From assembly GCA_003247225.1 (NCBI GenBank), contig QKAK01000028.1, positions 7,289 to 71,288 on the forward strand: a stretch of 64,000 nucleotides of DNA, in the 5' to 3' direction. The position numbers and the translations under genes were made by a program. This document shows, one piece after another, positions 45,146 through 54,779 of the stretch. The notes below the pieces were generated by a model, which saw only the letters and a list, made by a program, of their open reading frames with translations, made no database searches and was not told where the DNA came from. The DNA is from Spirochaetota bacterium. Lineage in GTDB: Bacteria; Spirochaetota; Spirochaetia; Treponematales; UBA12059. The first letter of the stretch is position 1. Every line of letters begins with the position of its first letter.

Positions 45146-47362
45146 ATGGCGAGCGATGAGACCGCTAGGATTGACAGCATGAACGGCGCGAAGGAAGCCA
45201 AGGCCGGGGCCAAGACGGTCCGTAAGGCGGCGAAGGCGCCGGCCAAGGCCAAGAAGGCGCCCGAGAAGCCGACCCTGGTCATCGTCGAGTCGCCCGCCAA
45301 GGCCAAGACGATCGAGAAGTACCTCGGCTCGTCCTACTCGGTGCTCGCGTCGATGGGGCACCTGATAGACCTGCCCAAGTCGCGCCTGGGCGTCGACGTG
45401 GAGCACGGCTTCTCGCCCGAGTACCTGACGATACGAGGCAAGGCGAAGCTCCTGAAGGAGCTCCAGAAGGCCGCCAAGAAGTCGAAGGCCGTGCTGCTCG
45501 CCTCCGATAACGACCGCGAGGGAGAGGCCATCTCCTACCATATCCGCGCGGCGCTCGCCCAGAAGAACGAGGGGCTCGATATAAAGCGCATCGTCTTCAA
45601 CGAGATAACCCCTCAGGCCATCCGCGACGCCGTGAAGAAGCCGTCGGCCATCGACGAGGACAAGGTGAACGCCCAGAAGGCCAGGCGCGTGCTCGACCGC
45701 CTCGTAGGCTACAACCTGTCACCGCTGCTCTGGAAGAAGGTCAAGAACGGCCTCTCGGCCGGCCGCGTCCAGTCGGTCGCGCTGCGCCTGATCTGCGAGC
45801 GCGAGGTCGAGGTCGAGTCGTTCATCCCCGAGGAGTACTGGACGCTCGAGGCCGACTTCAAGAAGGGGCGCTACTCGTTCTCCGGCGAGCTCGTCTCGTA
45901 CGACGGCGCCAAGGCCGAGCTCAAGAGCGAGTCCGAGGTCGCGGCCATCACCGGCGCCATCGACGGCCTGCCCTGCCTGGTCTCCGACGTCAAGGAGAGC
46001 GAGCGCCAGGTCAAGCCGAAGCCGCCGTTCACGACCTCCAAGCTGCAGCAGACCGCGGCCAACAGGCTCGGCTTCACCAGCAAGAAGACGATGCAGATAG
46101 CCCAGCAGCTCTACGAGGGCATCAACATCGGCTCGACCCGAATCGGCCTCATCACCTACATGCGTACCGACTCGGTCCGCGTCTCGGACGTCGCGCTCAA
46201 GGACGTGCGCGGCTGGCTCGGCGAGCATTTCCCCGCCGAGCTGCCCGCGGAGCCCGTCGTCTACGCCACCGACAAGAAGGCCCAGGACGCGCACGAGGCG
46301 ATCCGGCCGACGATGGTCTCGTACACGCCGGAGGCTATCAAGGAATACCTGAACAAGGACCAGCAGAAACTGTACGGCATCATCTGGGAGCGCTTCGTCG
46401 CCAGCCAGATGACCCAGGCCAAGCAGCGCTCGACCTCGATGGAGGTCTCCGTCGGCCTGGCCAGGTTCCGCGTCGGCGCGTCTCGGCTGGTCGAGAAAGG
46501 CTTCTACAAGGTAATCAAGCTGCTGGCGACGAAGGACGACAAGGAGTCGTCCCTGCCCGAGATGCGCGTGGGCGAGGAGCTCAGGCTCGAGGCCTATAGG
46601 CCCGAGCAGCACTTCACGCAGGGGCCGGCCCGCTTCACCGACGCGTCGATCATCAAGCTGCTCGAGGAGAAGGGCATAGGCCGCCCGTCGACCTACGCCC
46701 CGATCATCTCGGTGCTGCTCGAGCGGTACTACGTGACGAGGGAGAACAAGCAGCTCGTGCCGACCACCCTCGGCCGCAAGATAAACGAGATCCTCGTCGG
46801 CTCGTTCGGCGACGTGGTCGACGCCGGCTTCACCGCCGACATGGAGAACATGCTCGACCAGGTCGAGGAGTCGAAGCGCGACTGGGTCTCGGCGATGGGC
46901 GATTTCTACGGCCCGTTCAAGCAACGCATCGACGACATCATGGCGACGCTCCAGTCGTTCAAGGGCAGCCTCGACGAGCCGACGGACCAGGTCTGCGAGA
47001 AATGCGGCCGGCCGATGGTCAAGAAGCTCGGCCGCTTCGGCTTCTTCCTGGCCTGCACCGGCTTCCCGGACTGCAAGAATACCAAGAGCATCCCGCTCGC
47101 GCGCTGCCCGAGGCCCGGCTGCACCGGCGAGATCGTCGCCAGGCGCAAGTCCAAGGGCCGCGGCCGCGAATTCTACGGCTGCTCGCGCTACCCGGAATGC
47201 GATTTCATCACCTACTACAAGCCGACCAACAGCTACTGCCCGAAGTGCGGCTGGTTCCTCGTGGAGCGCTTCGATAAGAAGCGCGGATCGTACAAGGCGT
47301 GCATCAACCCCGCCTGCGACTACCTGCACAGCCAGGACGAAGACCATGCCGTCGCCGATTGA
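45146..47362 (+). CDS. topA: DNA topoisomerase I
   Basis: Toprim LVIVESPAKAKTIEKYLG, DNDREGEAIS, ITYMRTDS (active-site Tyr), and three C-terminal Zn-ribbon CxxC...CxxC units. Confidence 0.95.
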   Translation: MASDETARIDSMNGAKEAKAGAKTVRKAAKAPAKAKKAPEKPTLVIVESPAKAKTIEKYLGSSYSVLASMGHLIDLPKSRLGVDVEHGFSPEYLTIRGKAKLLKELQKAAKKSKAVLLASDNDREGEAISYHIRAALAQKNEGLDIKRIVFNEITPQAIRDAVKKPSAIDEDKVNAQKARRVLDRLVGYNLSPLLWKKVKNGLSAGRVQSVALRLICEREVEVESFIPEEYWTLEADFKKGRYSFSGELVSYDGAKAELKSESEVAAITGAIDGLPCLVSDVKESERQVKPKPPFTTSKLQQTAANRLGFTSKKTMQIAQQLYEGINIGSTRIGLITYMRTDSVRVSDVALKDVRGWLGEHFPAELPAEPVVYATDKKAQDAHEAIRPTMVSYTPEAIKEYLNKDQQKLYGIIWERFVASQMTQAKQRSTSMEVSVGLARFRVGASRLVEKGFYKVIKLLATKDDKESSLPEMRVGEELRLEAYRPEQHFTQGPARFTDASIIKLLEEKGIGRPSTYAPIISVLLERYYVTRENKQLVPTTLGRKINEILVGSFGDVVDAGFTADMENMLDQVEESKRDWVSAMGDFYGPFKQRIDDIMATLQSFKGSLDEPTDQVCEKCGRPMVKKLGRFGFFLACTGFPDCKNTKSIPLARCPRPGCTGEIVARRKSKGRGREFYGCSRYPECDFITYYKPTNSYCPKCGWFLVERFDKKRGSYKACINPACDYLHSQDEDHAVAD

Positions 47363-48299
47363 CGGCTACCTGGCCTACCTCGGCGCGATACGCTCGCTGT
47401 CGCCCCGTACCGTCGCCGCCTACGGCAACGACCTGCGCATGTTCTCGGCGCTGGTCGAGGAGGCCGGCCGCCCGGTCGAGGCCGCGGAGCCCGCGGACGT
47501 GCGTGACTTCGTCGCCTCGCTCGTGCGCGACGGCTACATGAGCAGCTCCGTGAACCGCGCCCTCTCGGCGGTCAAGGGCTTCTTCCGCTACCTGGTACGC
47601 TACGGCCACGCCTCGTCGAACCCGGCGAAGGACGTCGAGTCCCTGCCGATGGCCAGGACGCTCCCCGCCTTCATGTTCGAGGACGAGATGGCCGAGTTCA
47701 TAGACGGCACGCCCGACGACGGCTTCGCCGGCGCTCGCGACCGGGCCATCTTCGAGACGCTGTACAGCACCGGCTGCCGCGTGGCGGAGCTGGCCGGCCT
47801 GACCCCGGCGGACCTCGACCTGCGCGCCGGCCGGGCCAGGGTGACCGGCAAGGGCTCGAGGGAGCGCGTGGTGTTCCTGTCGGACGCGGCGGCGGAGGCC
47901 ATCAAGGCGTGGCTGCCGTACAGGTCGGCCAGGCTGGCCGCGATGGGCGACGACGAGGCGAGGCGCCTCGGCCTCTTCCTGAACGCCAAGTCCGGGTCGC
48001 TGTCGACCCGCGGCATAGCGTATATAGTCGAGCGCCGCATGGCGGCCGCGGGGCGCGGCCGACGGCTGTCGCCCCATGGCTTCAGGCACAGTTTCGCCAC
48101 CCACCTCGTCGGCCGCGGCGCCGACATCAGGGTGGTGCAGGCGATGCTCGGGCATCAGAACATATCGACCACGCAGGTGTATACGCACGTGGACATGGCG
48201 CGCCTGCGCGAGGTCTACGACGGGGCCCATCCGCACGCCCGGGCCCCCGGCGGGGCTACTGGCGCGACGAACGATAGGATCAAAGGAACGACGAGATGA
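47346..48299 (+). CDS. xerC: tyrosine recombinase XerC (CodV-like position upstream of hslVU)
   Basis: [54 protein letters not shown]. Confidence 0.75.
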   Translation: MPSPIDGYLAYLGAIRSLSPRTVAAYGNDLRMFSALVEEAGRPVEAAEPADVRDFVASLVRDGYMSSSVNRALSAVKGFFRYLVRYGHASSNPAKDVESLPMARTLPAFMFEDEMAEFIDGTPDDGFAGARDRAIFETLYSTGCRVAELAGLTPADLDLRAGRARVTGKGSRERVVFLSDAAAEAIKAWLPYRSARLAAMGDDEARRLGLFLNAKSGSLSTRGIAYIVERRMAAAGRGRRLSPHGFRHSFATHLVGRGADIRVVQAMLGHQNISTTQVYTHVDMARLREVYDGAHPHARAPGGATGATNDRIKGTTR

Positions 48300-48832
48300 A
48301 CAGGATACGGAGCACGACGATCATCGCCGTCAGGCGCGGCGGCAAGGTCGCGATGGCCGGCGACGGCCAGGTGACGATGGGCGAGACCGTGATGAAGAGC
48401 AACGCCAGGAAGGTCCGCTCCATCTACGACGGCAGGATACTGACCGGCTTCGCCGGCGCCACCGCCGACGCGTTCACCCTGCTCGAGCATTTCGAGGTCA
48501 AGGTCAAGGAGTACCAGGGCGACCTGACGAGGGCCGCCGTCGAGCTGGCCAAGGACTGGCGCACCGACAAGATGCTGCGCAAGCTCGAGGCGCTGCTCCT
48601 GGTGGCCGACCGGGAGAAGACGCTGCTCCTATCGGGCACCGGCGACGTCATAGAGCCCGCCGGCGACGCGATAGCGATAGGCTCCGGCGGGAACTACGCG
48701 TACGCCGCCGCCCTCGCGTACCTCGATACGAGCGAGCTATCGGCCGCCGAGATCGCGCGGCGCAGCCTCGCGATCGCCGGGGGCATCTGCATCTATACGA
48801 ACGACCATATCCTCGTGGAGGAACTGCCGTGA
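48296..48832 (+). CDS. hslV: ATP-dependent protease subunit HslV
   Basis: [22 protein letters not shown] (N-terminal Thr after processing), [12 protein letters not shown]. Confidence 0.95.
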   Translation: MNRIRSTTIIAVRRGGKVAMAGDGQVTMGETVMKSNARKVRSIYDGRILTGFAGATADAFTLLEHFEVKVKEYQGDLTRAAVELAKDWRTDKMLRKLEALLLVADREKTLLLSGTGDVIEPAGDAIAIGSGGNYAYAAALAYLDTSELSAAEIARRSLAIAGGICIYTNDHILVEELP

Positions 48833-50241
48833 CCGAGGATTTCGAGACCTTCACCCCCCGACGGGTCGTCGAGGAGCTGGACCGCTACATCATCGGGCAG
48901 GACAAGGCCAAGCGGGCCGTCGCCATAGCCCTGCGCAACCGCCTGCGGCGCAAGCTGCTGCCCGAGGCGGCCCGCGAGGAGATAGCCCCGAAGAACATCC
49001 TGATGATAGGCCCCACCGGCGTCGGCAAGACCGAGATAGCCAGGCGGCTGGCCAGGCTGTGCGGCGCTCCCTTCGTCAAGGTCGAGGCGACCAAGTACAC
49101 CGAGGTCGGCTACGTCGGCCGCGACGTCGAGTCCATGATACGCGACCTGATGGCCGCCGGCTACCGCATGGTCGTCGAGGAGATGACGGCCAAGGTCAGG
49201 GAGGACGCCGAGCGCCACGCCGAGGAGCGCCTGCTCGACCTGCTGCTGCCGGGGATAGGCCAGAAGCCCGTCGCCCCGGCGGCCCAGGCCGCCCCCAAGC
49301 CCGAGACCTGGGCGACCCCGGTCGCCGAGCCCCAGGCGGCGCTGCCCGCCCCGAAGGGCGCCGACACCCGCGAGAAGTTCCGCGCGATGCTGCGCGACGG
49401 CCTCCTCGACGACAAGGAGGTCGAGGTCCAGGTCTCCGCCCAGGCGGCGCCGCCGATCGAGCTGTTCGCCGGGCAGCAGATGGAGGAGCTCGAGTCGGCG
49501 TTTTCGGGCATCGCGAACATCTTCGGCGGCAAGAAGAAGAAGAAGACGGTCACCGTCAAGGAAGCCAGGCGCGTCATCCTCGAGGAGGAGCAGGACCGGC
49601 TCGTCGACAAGGACCGGGCCTCGGCCGAGGCCCGCGAGCGCGTCGAGCAGTCGGGCATCGTGTTCATCGACGAGATAGACAAGATAGCCACCCGCGAGGG
49701 GCGCTCGGGCGGCGGCATGGACGTCTCGCGCGAGGGCGTGCAGCGGGACATCCTGCCGATCGTCGAGGGCTCTAAGGTCAGCACCAAGTACGGGGTCGTC
49801 GACACGACCCATATCCTGTTCATCGCGGCCGGGGCGTTCAACGTGTCCAAGCCGTCCGACCTGATCCCCGAGCTGCAGGGGCGCTTCCCTATACGGGTGG
49901 AGCTCGAGGCGCTGTCGGCGTCCGACTTCGTGCGCATCCTGACCGAGCCCGAGAACGCCCTCGTCACGCAGTACACCCAGCTGCTCGGCACCGAGGGCGT
50001 GGGCCTGAGCTTCTCCCCCGCGGCCGTCGAGCGCCTCGCGGCGATAGCGGAGAAGGCGAACGCGCGCACCGAGAACATCGGGGCCAGGCGGCTGCACACG
50101 ATCATGGAGCGCCTGCTCGAGGAGCTGTCCTTCGAGGCGCCGGAGCGCGGCGGCGACTCGGTGGAGATAAGCGAGGCCTTCGTCGAGGAACGCTTCGAGG
50201 GCGTCTTCGAGAGCGAGGACCTCGCGAAGTTCATACTCTAG
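48829..50241 (+). CDS. hslU: ATP-dependent protease ATPase subunit HslU
   Basis: GTG start overlapping the hslV stop (GTGA). [47 protein letters not shown]. Confidence 0.95.
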   Translation: MTEDFETFTPRRVVEELDRYIIGQDKAKRAVAIALRNRLRRKLLPEAAREEIAPKNILMIGPTGVGKTEIARRLARLCGAPFVKVEATKYTEVGYVGRDVESMIRDLMAAGYRMVVEEMTAKVREDAERHAEERLLDLLLPGIGQKPVAPAAQAAPKPETWATPVAEPQAALPAPKGADTREKFRAMLRDGLLDDKEVEVQVSAQAAPPIELFAGQQMEELESAFSGIANIFGGKKKKKTVTVKEARRVILEEEQDRLVDKDRASAEARERVEQSGIVFIDEIDKIATREGRSGGGMDVSREGVQRDILPIVEGSKVSTKYGVVDTTHILFIAAGAFNVSKPSDLIPELQGRFPIRVELEALSASDFVRILTEPENALVTQYTQLLGTEGVGLSFSPAAVERLAAIAEKANARTENIGARRLHTIMERLLEELSFEAPERGGDSVEISEAFVEERFEGVFESEDLAKFIL

Positions 50242-50259
50242 GCGAAGTGAAATAGGTAA

Positions 50260-50418
50260 TTGAACCACGGAGACGCGGAGGCACGGAGTAGAATGAATAC
50301 GAAGGAGAATTTGAACCACGGAGTCACGGAGTAGGAGAACAAAGATGGATTGTATGATGGAATCCCATTCTCCACCTTCCTCGTCTTCATTCTCCGTGCC
50401 TTCGTGTCTCCGTGGTGA
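50260..50418. repeat. palindromic CACGGAGN-repeat element, copy 1 (hslU-flgB spacer)
   Basis: The left arm CCACGGAGACGCGGAGGCACGGAG (50265..50288) is the near-perfect reverse complement of the right arm CTCCGTGCCTTCGTGTCTCCGTGG (50392..50415). An extra half copy TTGAACCACGGAGTCACGGAGTAGGA lies at 50311..50336. Confidence 0.8.
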
Positions 50419-50426
50419 AAAAGCGT

Positions 50427-50453
50427 ATAAGCCCTGACGATATTGGCCGATAA
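50427..50453 (+). promoter_or_regulatory. sigma28 (FliA)-type promoter upstream of flgB
   Basis: ATAA (50427..50430), 15 nt, GCCGATAA (50446..50453). The -10 is an exact match to the TAAA-N15-GCCGATAA consensus. It lies 47 nt before the flgB ATG. Confidence 0.5.
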
Positions 50454-50500
50454 GAGAAGGTGAGGGCTCCCGGCGAACGGGGGCCAACGGAGGTGGATCG

Positions 50501-50920
50501 ATGCTCGAGAATACGACGTTCGGCAGGACGGTGGAGCTGTTGCAGCGCAGCATGGACGTGGCGTCCCTGCGCCACGAGGTCATAGGCAACAACATCGCCA
50601 ACGCCGAGGTGCCGAATTTCAAGCGATCGGAGATCAACTTCGAGTCGTCGCTGAAGCGGGCGATAGACTCCGAGAAGCGCGAGCCGAGGCTGCAGCTGGC
50701 GACCACGGAACCGGGCCACATCGCTTCGTGGAAGCGGGCCGACTGGCGCGACGTCGAACCGCGCAGGGTGCTCGACTACCTGTCGACGACCAAGAACAAC
50801 GGCAACAACGTCGACGCCGAGCAGGAGTTCATGGACTCGATGACGAACCAGCTGCGCTACACGCTGATGACCCAGGCCGCCGCGTTCGAATTCAACCAGG
50901 TCAACCAGGTCCTGAAATGA
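50501..50920 (+). CDS. flgB: flagellar basal-body rod protein FlgB
   Basis: RHEVIGNNIANAEVPNFKR and the C-terminal MTNQLRYTLMTQ pattern. Confidence 0.9.
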   Translation: MLENTTFGRTVELLQRSMDVASLRHEVIGNNIANAEVPNFKRSEINFESSLKRAIDSEKREPRLQLATTEPGHIASWKRADWRDVEPRRVLDYLSTTKNNGNNVDAEQEFMDSMTNQLRYTLMTQAAAFEFNQVNQVLK

Positions 50921-50948
50921 TAGCGGATTTGACGAACAGAGACGCAGA

Positions 50949-51041
50949 CCACGGAGGCACGAAGGCACGGAGTAGGAAAGGCCTGTCCCGTTTTTCCTTT
51001 CCTGCCTCTCCCTTATTCTCCGTGTCTCCGTGTCTCCGTGG
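50949..51041. repeat. palindromic CACGGAGN-repeat element, copy 2 (flgB-flgC spacer)
   Basis: The left arm CCACGGAGGCACGAAGGCACGGAG (50949..50972) pairs with the right arm CTCCGTGTCTCCGTGTCTCCGTGG (51018..51041). There is an inner hairpin AGGAAAGG / CCTTTCCT. Confidence 0.8.
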
Positions 51042-51068
51042 CGAAGCATTCTTACAGGGGGCTTTCTG

Positions 51069-51527
51069 ATGGGAATGTTCACGAGCATCAATATAGCGGC
51101 GAGCGGGATGACGGCGGAGCGGCTGCGCCAGGACGTCATCGCCGACAATATCGCTAACCAGTCGACGACCCGCACGCCCGAGGGCGGCGTGTTCAGGCGC
51201 AGCCGCGTGGTGCTGCGGCCGAAGACGGATACGCCGTACTTCAGGCTGCCGTTCCTGCCGGACCAGTGGGACGGCGGCGCCGGCCAGGGCGTGCGCGTGT
51301 CGGAGATCCAGAAGGACTACGCCGCCGAGACCAGGCTCGTCTACGATCCGACCCACCCGGACGCGATCAAGGCGGGGCCGCGGGCCGGCTACGTCGAGTA
51401 CCCGAACGTCAACGTGGTCACCGAGATGGTCGACCTGATATCCGCGTCGCGCGCCTACGAGGCGAACGCGGCGATAGCCAACGGCGCCAAGGCCATGTTC
51501 ATGAAGGCCTTGGAGATAGGACGGTAG
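51069..51527 (+). CDS. flgC: flagellar basal-body rod protein FlgC
   Basis: Internal ATG of ORF 51030..51527. MGMFTSINIAASGMTAERLRQDVIADNIAN; C-terminal MVDLISASRAYEANA. Confidence 0.9.
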   Translation: MGMFTSINIAASGMTAERLRQDVIADNIANQSTTRTPEGGVFRRSRVVLRPKTDTPYFRLPFLPDQWDGGAGQGVRVSEIQKDYAAETRLVYDPTHPDAIKAGPRAGYVEYPNVNVVTEMVDLISASRAYEANAAIANGAKAMFMKALEIGR

Positions 51528-51530
51528 GCG

Positions 51531-51926
51531 ATGTCGACCCTGTTCGGCGTTCCGGGCGTAGCGAGCCAGATCGGTATCCAGCAGGCGGCCGGCGGGGCGA
51601 TGACCGGCGCGACCCCGGTCGGCGGCGACCGGCTGAAGCTGTCGAGGCTCGACCCGAGGCACTTCGCGGCGGGCGGCGGCACGCCGGCGCTCGGGGACGA
51701 GGGGAAGCCTAACTTCGAGGACGCGATGCTCAAGGCCATGGACGGCGTGAACGCGATGCAGATGGACAGCTCCAACGCCATGGAGGCGATGCTGACCGAT
51801 CCCGACTCGATAGACGCGCACGACGTGACCATCGCTATGGCCAAGGCGAGCATGTCGCTGAACATCACCAGGACCATCATGGACCGCGTCGTCAGGGCGT
51901 GGAAGGATATTATCAATACGAGATGA
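51531..51926 (+). CDS. fliE: flagellar hook-basal body protein FliE
   Basis: C-terminal HDVTIAMAKASMSLNITRTIMDRVVRAWKDI pattern, in the position between flgC and fliF. Confidence 0.85.
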   Translation: MSTLFGVPGVASQIGIQQAAGGAMTGATPVGGDRLKLSRLDPRHFAAGGGTPALGDEGKPNFEDAMLKAMDGVNAMQMDSSNAMEAMLTDPDSIDAHDVTIAMAKASMSLNITRTIMDRVVRAWKDIINTR

Positions 51927-51976
51927 CGGCAGGGCCTTGACGGCCCGGCGTCGTTCGTTCTTCTGGGAGGGGGAAC

Positions 51977-53683
51977 ATGAACGAATGGCTTAAGAAGACC
52001 GCGGAGCGCCTGAAGACCCTTTGGGGCTCCTGGGGACTCGTCCAGAAACTGATCCTGATCGGCGTCGGCGTAGTCGTCATCGTGGGGATCGTGCTGCTCG
52101 TCTCGGTATCCGGCGCGCCTACGCAGGTGCGGCTGATCAACACGCCCATCAAGAGCGACGAGGAGCTCAGGCTCATCACGAGCCGCCTCGACGAGGAGGG
52201 CATCGCCTTCTCGCTCGGCGAGGGCAACGCGCTCTACGTCAAGGACGAGGCGACGCGCTCCCGGGCCAACGCGATACTGCTCAGGGAGGACCTCATCCCG
52301 AAGGGTACCGACCCGTGGGCCGTATTCTCCATCGACAAATTCACGGTCACCGACTTCGAGCGCAACGTCAACCTCCGCAAGGCCATCACGGCCGAGGTGA
52401 CCAGGCACATCGAGTCGATAGCCGACGTCGACAAGGCGAACGTCGTCATCGAGATACCCGAGGACAAGCTGTTCGCCGCCGACCAGAAGAGCGTGACGGC
52501 CAGCATCATCATCTTCCCGAAGCCCGGCTCGGACATCGTGACTAACCGCAAGAAGCTCGAGGGCATCCAGAAGATCGTCCGCTTCGCCGTCTCCGGCCTG
52601 ACCGACGACAACATCGTCATCACCGACCAGAACGGCCTGCAGCTGAACGACTTCGCCGGGCTCGAGGACTTCGACCGCATCGAGCGCACCAAGCGGGAGC
52701 AGCAGCTGATCCAGAAGCAGGAGGCCTACTACCGGGCGGCCGTGCTCAAGGCCCTGCAGCAGATCTATACCGCGGACCGCGTGCGCGACCTGAACATCAA
52801 GATCGACATGGACATGAGCAAGAAGAGCGTGTCCACCGCCGAGCACTTCCCGTTCGTGCTCAAGGAGGACAACCCGACCACGCCGTACGACGACTCCGTC
52901 GTGCAGCCGTCTGTGACGCTGTCCACCGAGAGGACGAGCTACGAGTACCAGGGCACCGGCTTCAACCCGGAGGGGCCCGCCGGCATGGAGGGCCAGACCG
53001 CCCCGGCCTACAAGGACCTCCAGAACATGGTCGGCAAGGCCACCCAGACCCACGAGATCGTGAACGAGGCGCTGAACAAGCGCGAGAGCTTCGAGGAGAG
53101 CTCCCCGACGGTCGACCGGGTGACGGTATCGGTAAATATCGACGGAGTCTGGAACTGGAAGTATAATGACAAGGGCGAGCCGGTCCTGAAGGCCGACGGC
53201 GGCATCGACCGCGAGTACGTGCCGGTGCCGCAGGGGGACCTGGACGCGGCCGCGGCCCTCGTGCGCGACGCGATAGGCTACGACAGGATGCGCGGCGACT
53301 CGGTCACCGTGAGGAACATCCAGTTCGACCGCAGCGCCCAGTTCAAGGCCGAGGACGCGGCCTTCCTGAGGCGCCAGCAGACGAACCGGATAGTGCTATA
53401 CTCGCTGATCGGCCTGGCCTTCCTGCTCGTCGCGTTCATCGTATTCAGGCTGGCCTCGAGGGAGGTCGAGCGCAGGCGCAGGATAGCGGAGGAGAAGCGG
53501 GCCCTCGAGCAGCAGATGCTCAGGGAGAACGCGATACGGCAGGCGGAGGAGCAGAACATCGAGGTGTCCATGTCCGTGGAGGAGCGCAAGCGACTGGATC
53601 TCCAGGAGCACGCGATCAACATGGCCAAGGAGCATCCCGAGGACGTGGCCCAGCTCATCCGGACCTGGCTCAGGGAGGAGTGA
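51977..53683 (+). CDS. fliF: flagellar MS-ring protein FliF
   Basis: 568 aa with an N-terminal TM, YscJ/FliF-family region, a second TM (IVLYSLIGLAFLLVAFIVF) and a charged C-terminus. Confidence 0.9.
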   Translation: MNEWLKKTAERLKTLWGSWGLVQKLILIGVGVVVIVGIVLLVSVSGAPTQVRLINTPIKSDEELRLITSRLDEEGIAFSLGEGNALYVKDEATRSRANAILLREDLIPKGTDPWAVFSIDKFTVTDFERNVNLRKAITAEVTRHIESIADVDKANVVIEIPEDKLFAADQKSVTASIIIFPKPGSDIVTNRKKLEGIQKIVRFAVSGLTDDNIVITDQNGLQLNDFAGLEDFDRIERTKREQQLIQKQEAYYRAAVLKALQQIYTADRVRDLNIKIDMDMSKKSVSTAEHFPFVLKEDNPTTPYDDSVVQPSVTLSTERTSYEYQGTGFNPEGPAGMEGQTAPAYKDLQNMVGKATQTHEIVNEALNKRESFEESSPTVDRVTVSVNIDGVWNWKYNDKGEPVLKADGGIDREYVPVPQGDLDAAAALVRDAIGYDRMRGDSVTVRNIQFDRSAQFKAEDAAFLRRQQTNRIVLYSLIGLAFLLVAFIVFRLASREVERRRRIAEEKRALEQQMLRENAIRQAEEQNIEVSMSVEERKRLDLQEHAINMAKEHPEDVAQLIRTWLREE

Positions 53684-53686
53684 CAG

Positions 53687-54766
53687 ATGCCCCAAGCCGC
53701 CCCAGCCAAGGGCAAGTCGACGGGACCGGGAGCGAGCGGGTCGGCCGGCAAGAAGCCTAAGAGCGCCAAGGACCTGAACGGCCGCCAGAAGGCCGCCATC
53801 TTCCTCATCACCCTCGGCAGCGAGATATCCGCGGAGATCTTCAAGCACCTGCGCGAGGACGAGATCGAGACGCTGACCTTCGAGATAGCCCGCCTGGAGA
53901 ACGTCGAGCCGGAGCTCAAGGACGCCATCCTGATGGAATTCCAGGAACTGATGATGGCCAGCGAGTTCATCAGCTCCGGCGGCATCGACTACGCGCGCGA
54001 GCTGCTCGAGAAGGCCCTCGGCTCCCAGAAGGCGATAGACGTCATCAACCGCCTGACCAGCTCCCTCCAGGTCAGGCCGTTCGACTTCATCCGCCGCACC
54101 GACCCCGCCAACCTGCTCAACTTCATCCAGACGGAGCACCCGCAGACCATAGCCCTGATCCTGGCCTACCTCGAGCCGAACAAGGCCAGCTACATCCTGA
54201 CCAAGCTCCCGAAGGAGCACCAGTCGGACGTGGCCAAGCGCATAGCGACGATGGACCGGACCTCGCCCGAGACCCTGCGCGAGGTCGAGCGCGTGCTCGA
54301 GAAGAAGCTGTCGACGCTGTCGAGCGAGGACTACACCGCCGCCGGCGGCGTCGACGCGATAGTCGAGATACTCAACCTCGCCGACCGCACCACGGAGAAG
54401 AGCATCCTCGAGGCCCTCGAGGAGGAGAACCCCGAGCTGGCCGAGGAGATCAAGAAGAAGATGTTCGTGTTCGAGGACATCGTCATGCTGGACAACCGCT
54501 CGATCCAGAAGGTCATCCGCGAGGTCGACACCCAGGACCTCACGCGCGCCCTCAAGGGCGTCGACACCGAGGTGCAGGAGAAGGTGTTCCAGAACGTGTC
54601 CAAGCGCGCCGCGCAGGCGCTCAAGGAGGACATGGAGTACATGGGCCCGGTACGCATCAAGGACGTGGAAGAGGCCCAGCAGAAGATAGTCGCGGTAATC
54701 CGCCACCTCGAGGACACGGGCGAGATCATCATCGCCCGCGGCGAGGACGATCAGCTGATCCAGTAG
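53687..54766 (+). CDS. fliG: flagellar motor switch protein FliG
   Basis: GRQKAAIFLITLGSEISAEIFKHL, MFVFEDI, and torque-helix region KRAAQALKEDMEY. Confidence 0.95.
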   Translation: MPQAAPAKGKSTGPGASGSAGKKPKSAKDLNGRQKAAIFLITLGSEISAEIFKHLREDEIETLTFEIARLENVEPELKDAILMEFQELMMASEFISSGGIDYARELLEKALGSQKAIDVINRLTSSLQVRPFDFIRRTDPANLLNFIQTEHPQTIALILAYLEPNKASYILTKLPKEHQSDVAKRIATMDRTSPETLREVERVLEKKLSTLSSEDYTAAGGVDAIVEILNLADRTTEKSILEALEEENPELAEEIKKKMFVFEDIVMLDNRSIQKVIREVDTQDLTRALKGVDTEVQEKVFQNVSKRAAQALKEDMEYMGPVRIKDVEEAQQKIVAVIRHLEDTGEIIIARGEDDQLIQ

Positions 54767-54779
54767 GAAAAGGTAGCGT

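Noticed and set aside
42441-48299. Two tyrosine recombinases, considered as possible markers of an integrated mobile element or phage.
   Set aside because: Both have the full XerC/XerD-type catalytic C-terminus and sit in conserved housekeeping synteny (ftsZ-xerD; topA-xerC-hslVU). No att-like repeats, phage genes or compositional break were seen.
50345-50436. Short ORF (MDCMMESHSPPSSSSFSVPSCLRGEKAYKP) inside palindromic element 1.
   Set aside because: It is composed of the repeat arms themselves, has no SD, and similar frames arise in every copy. It is most likely noncoding.
48793-50721. 642-aa minus-strand ORF spanning hslU, the repeat element and part of flgB.
   Set aside because: It is antisense to two well-supported genes and reads through a noncoding palindrome.
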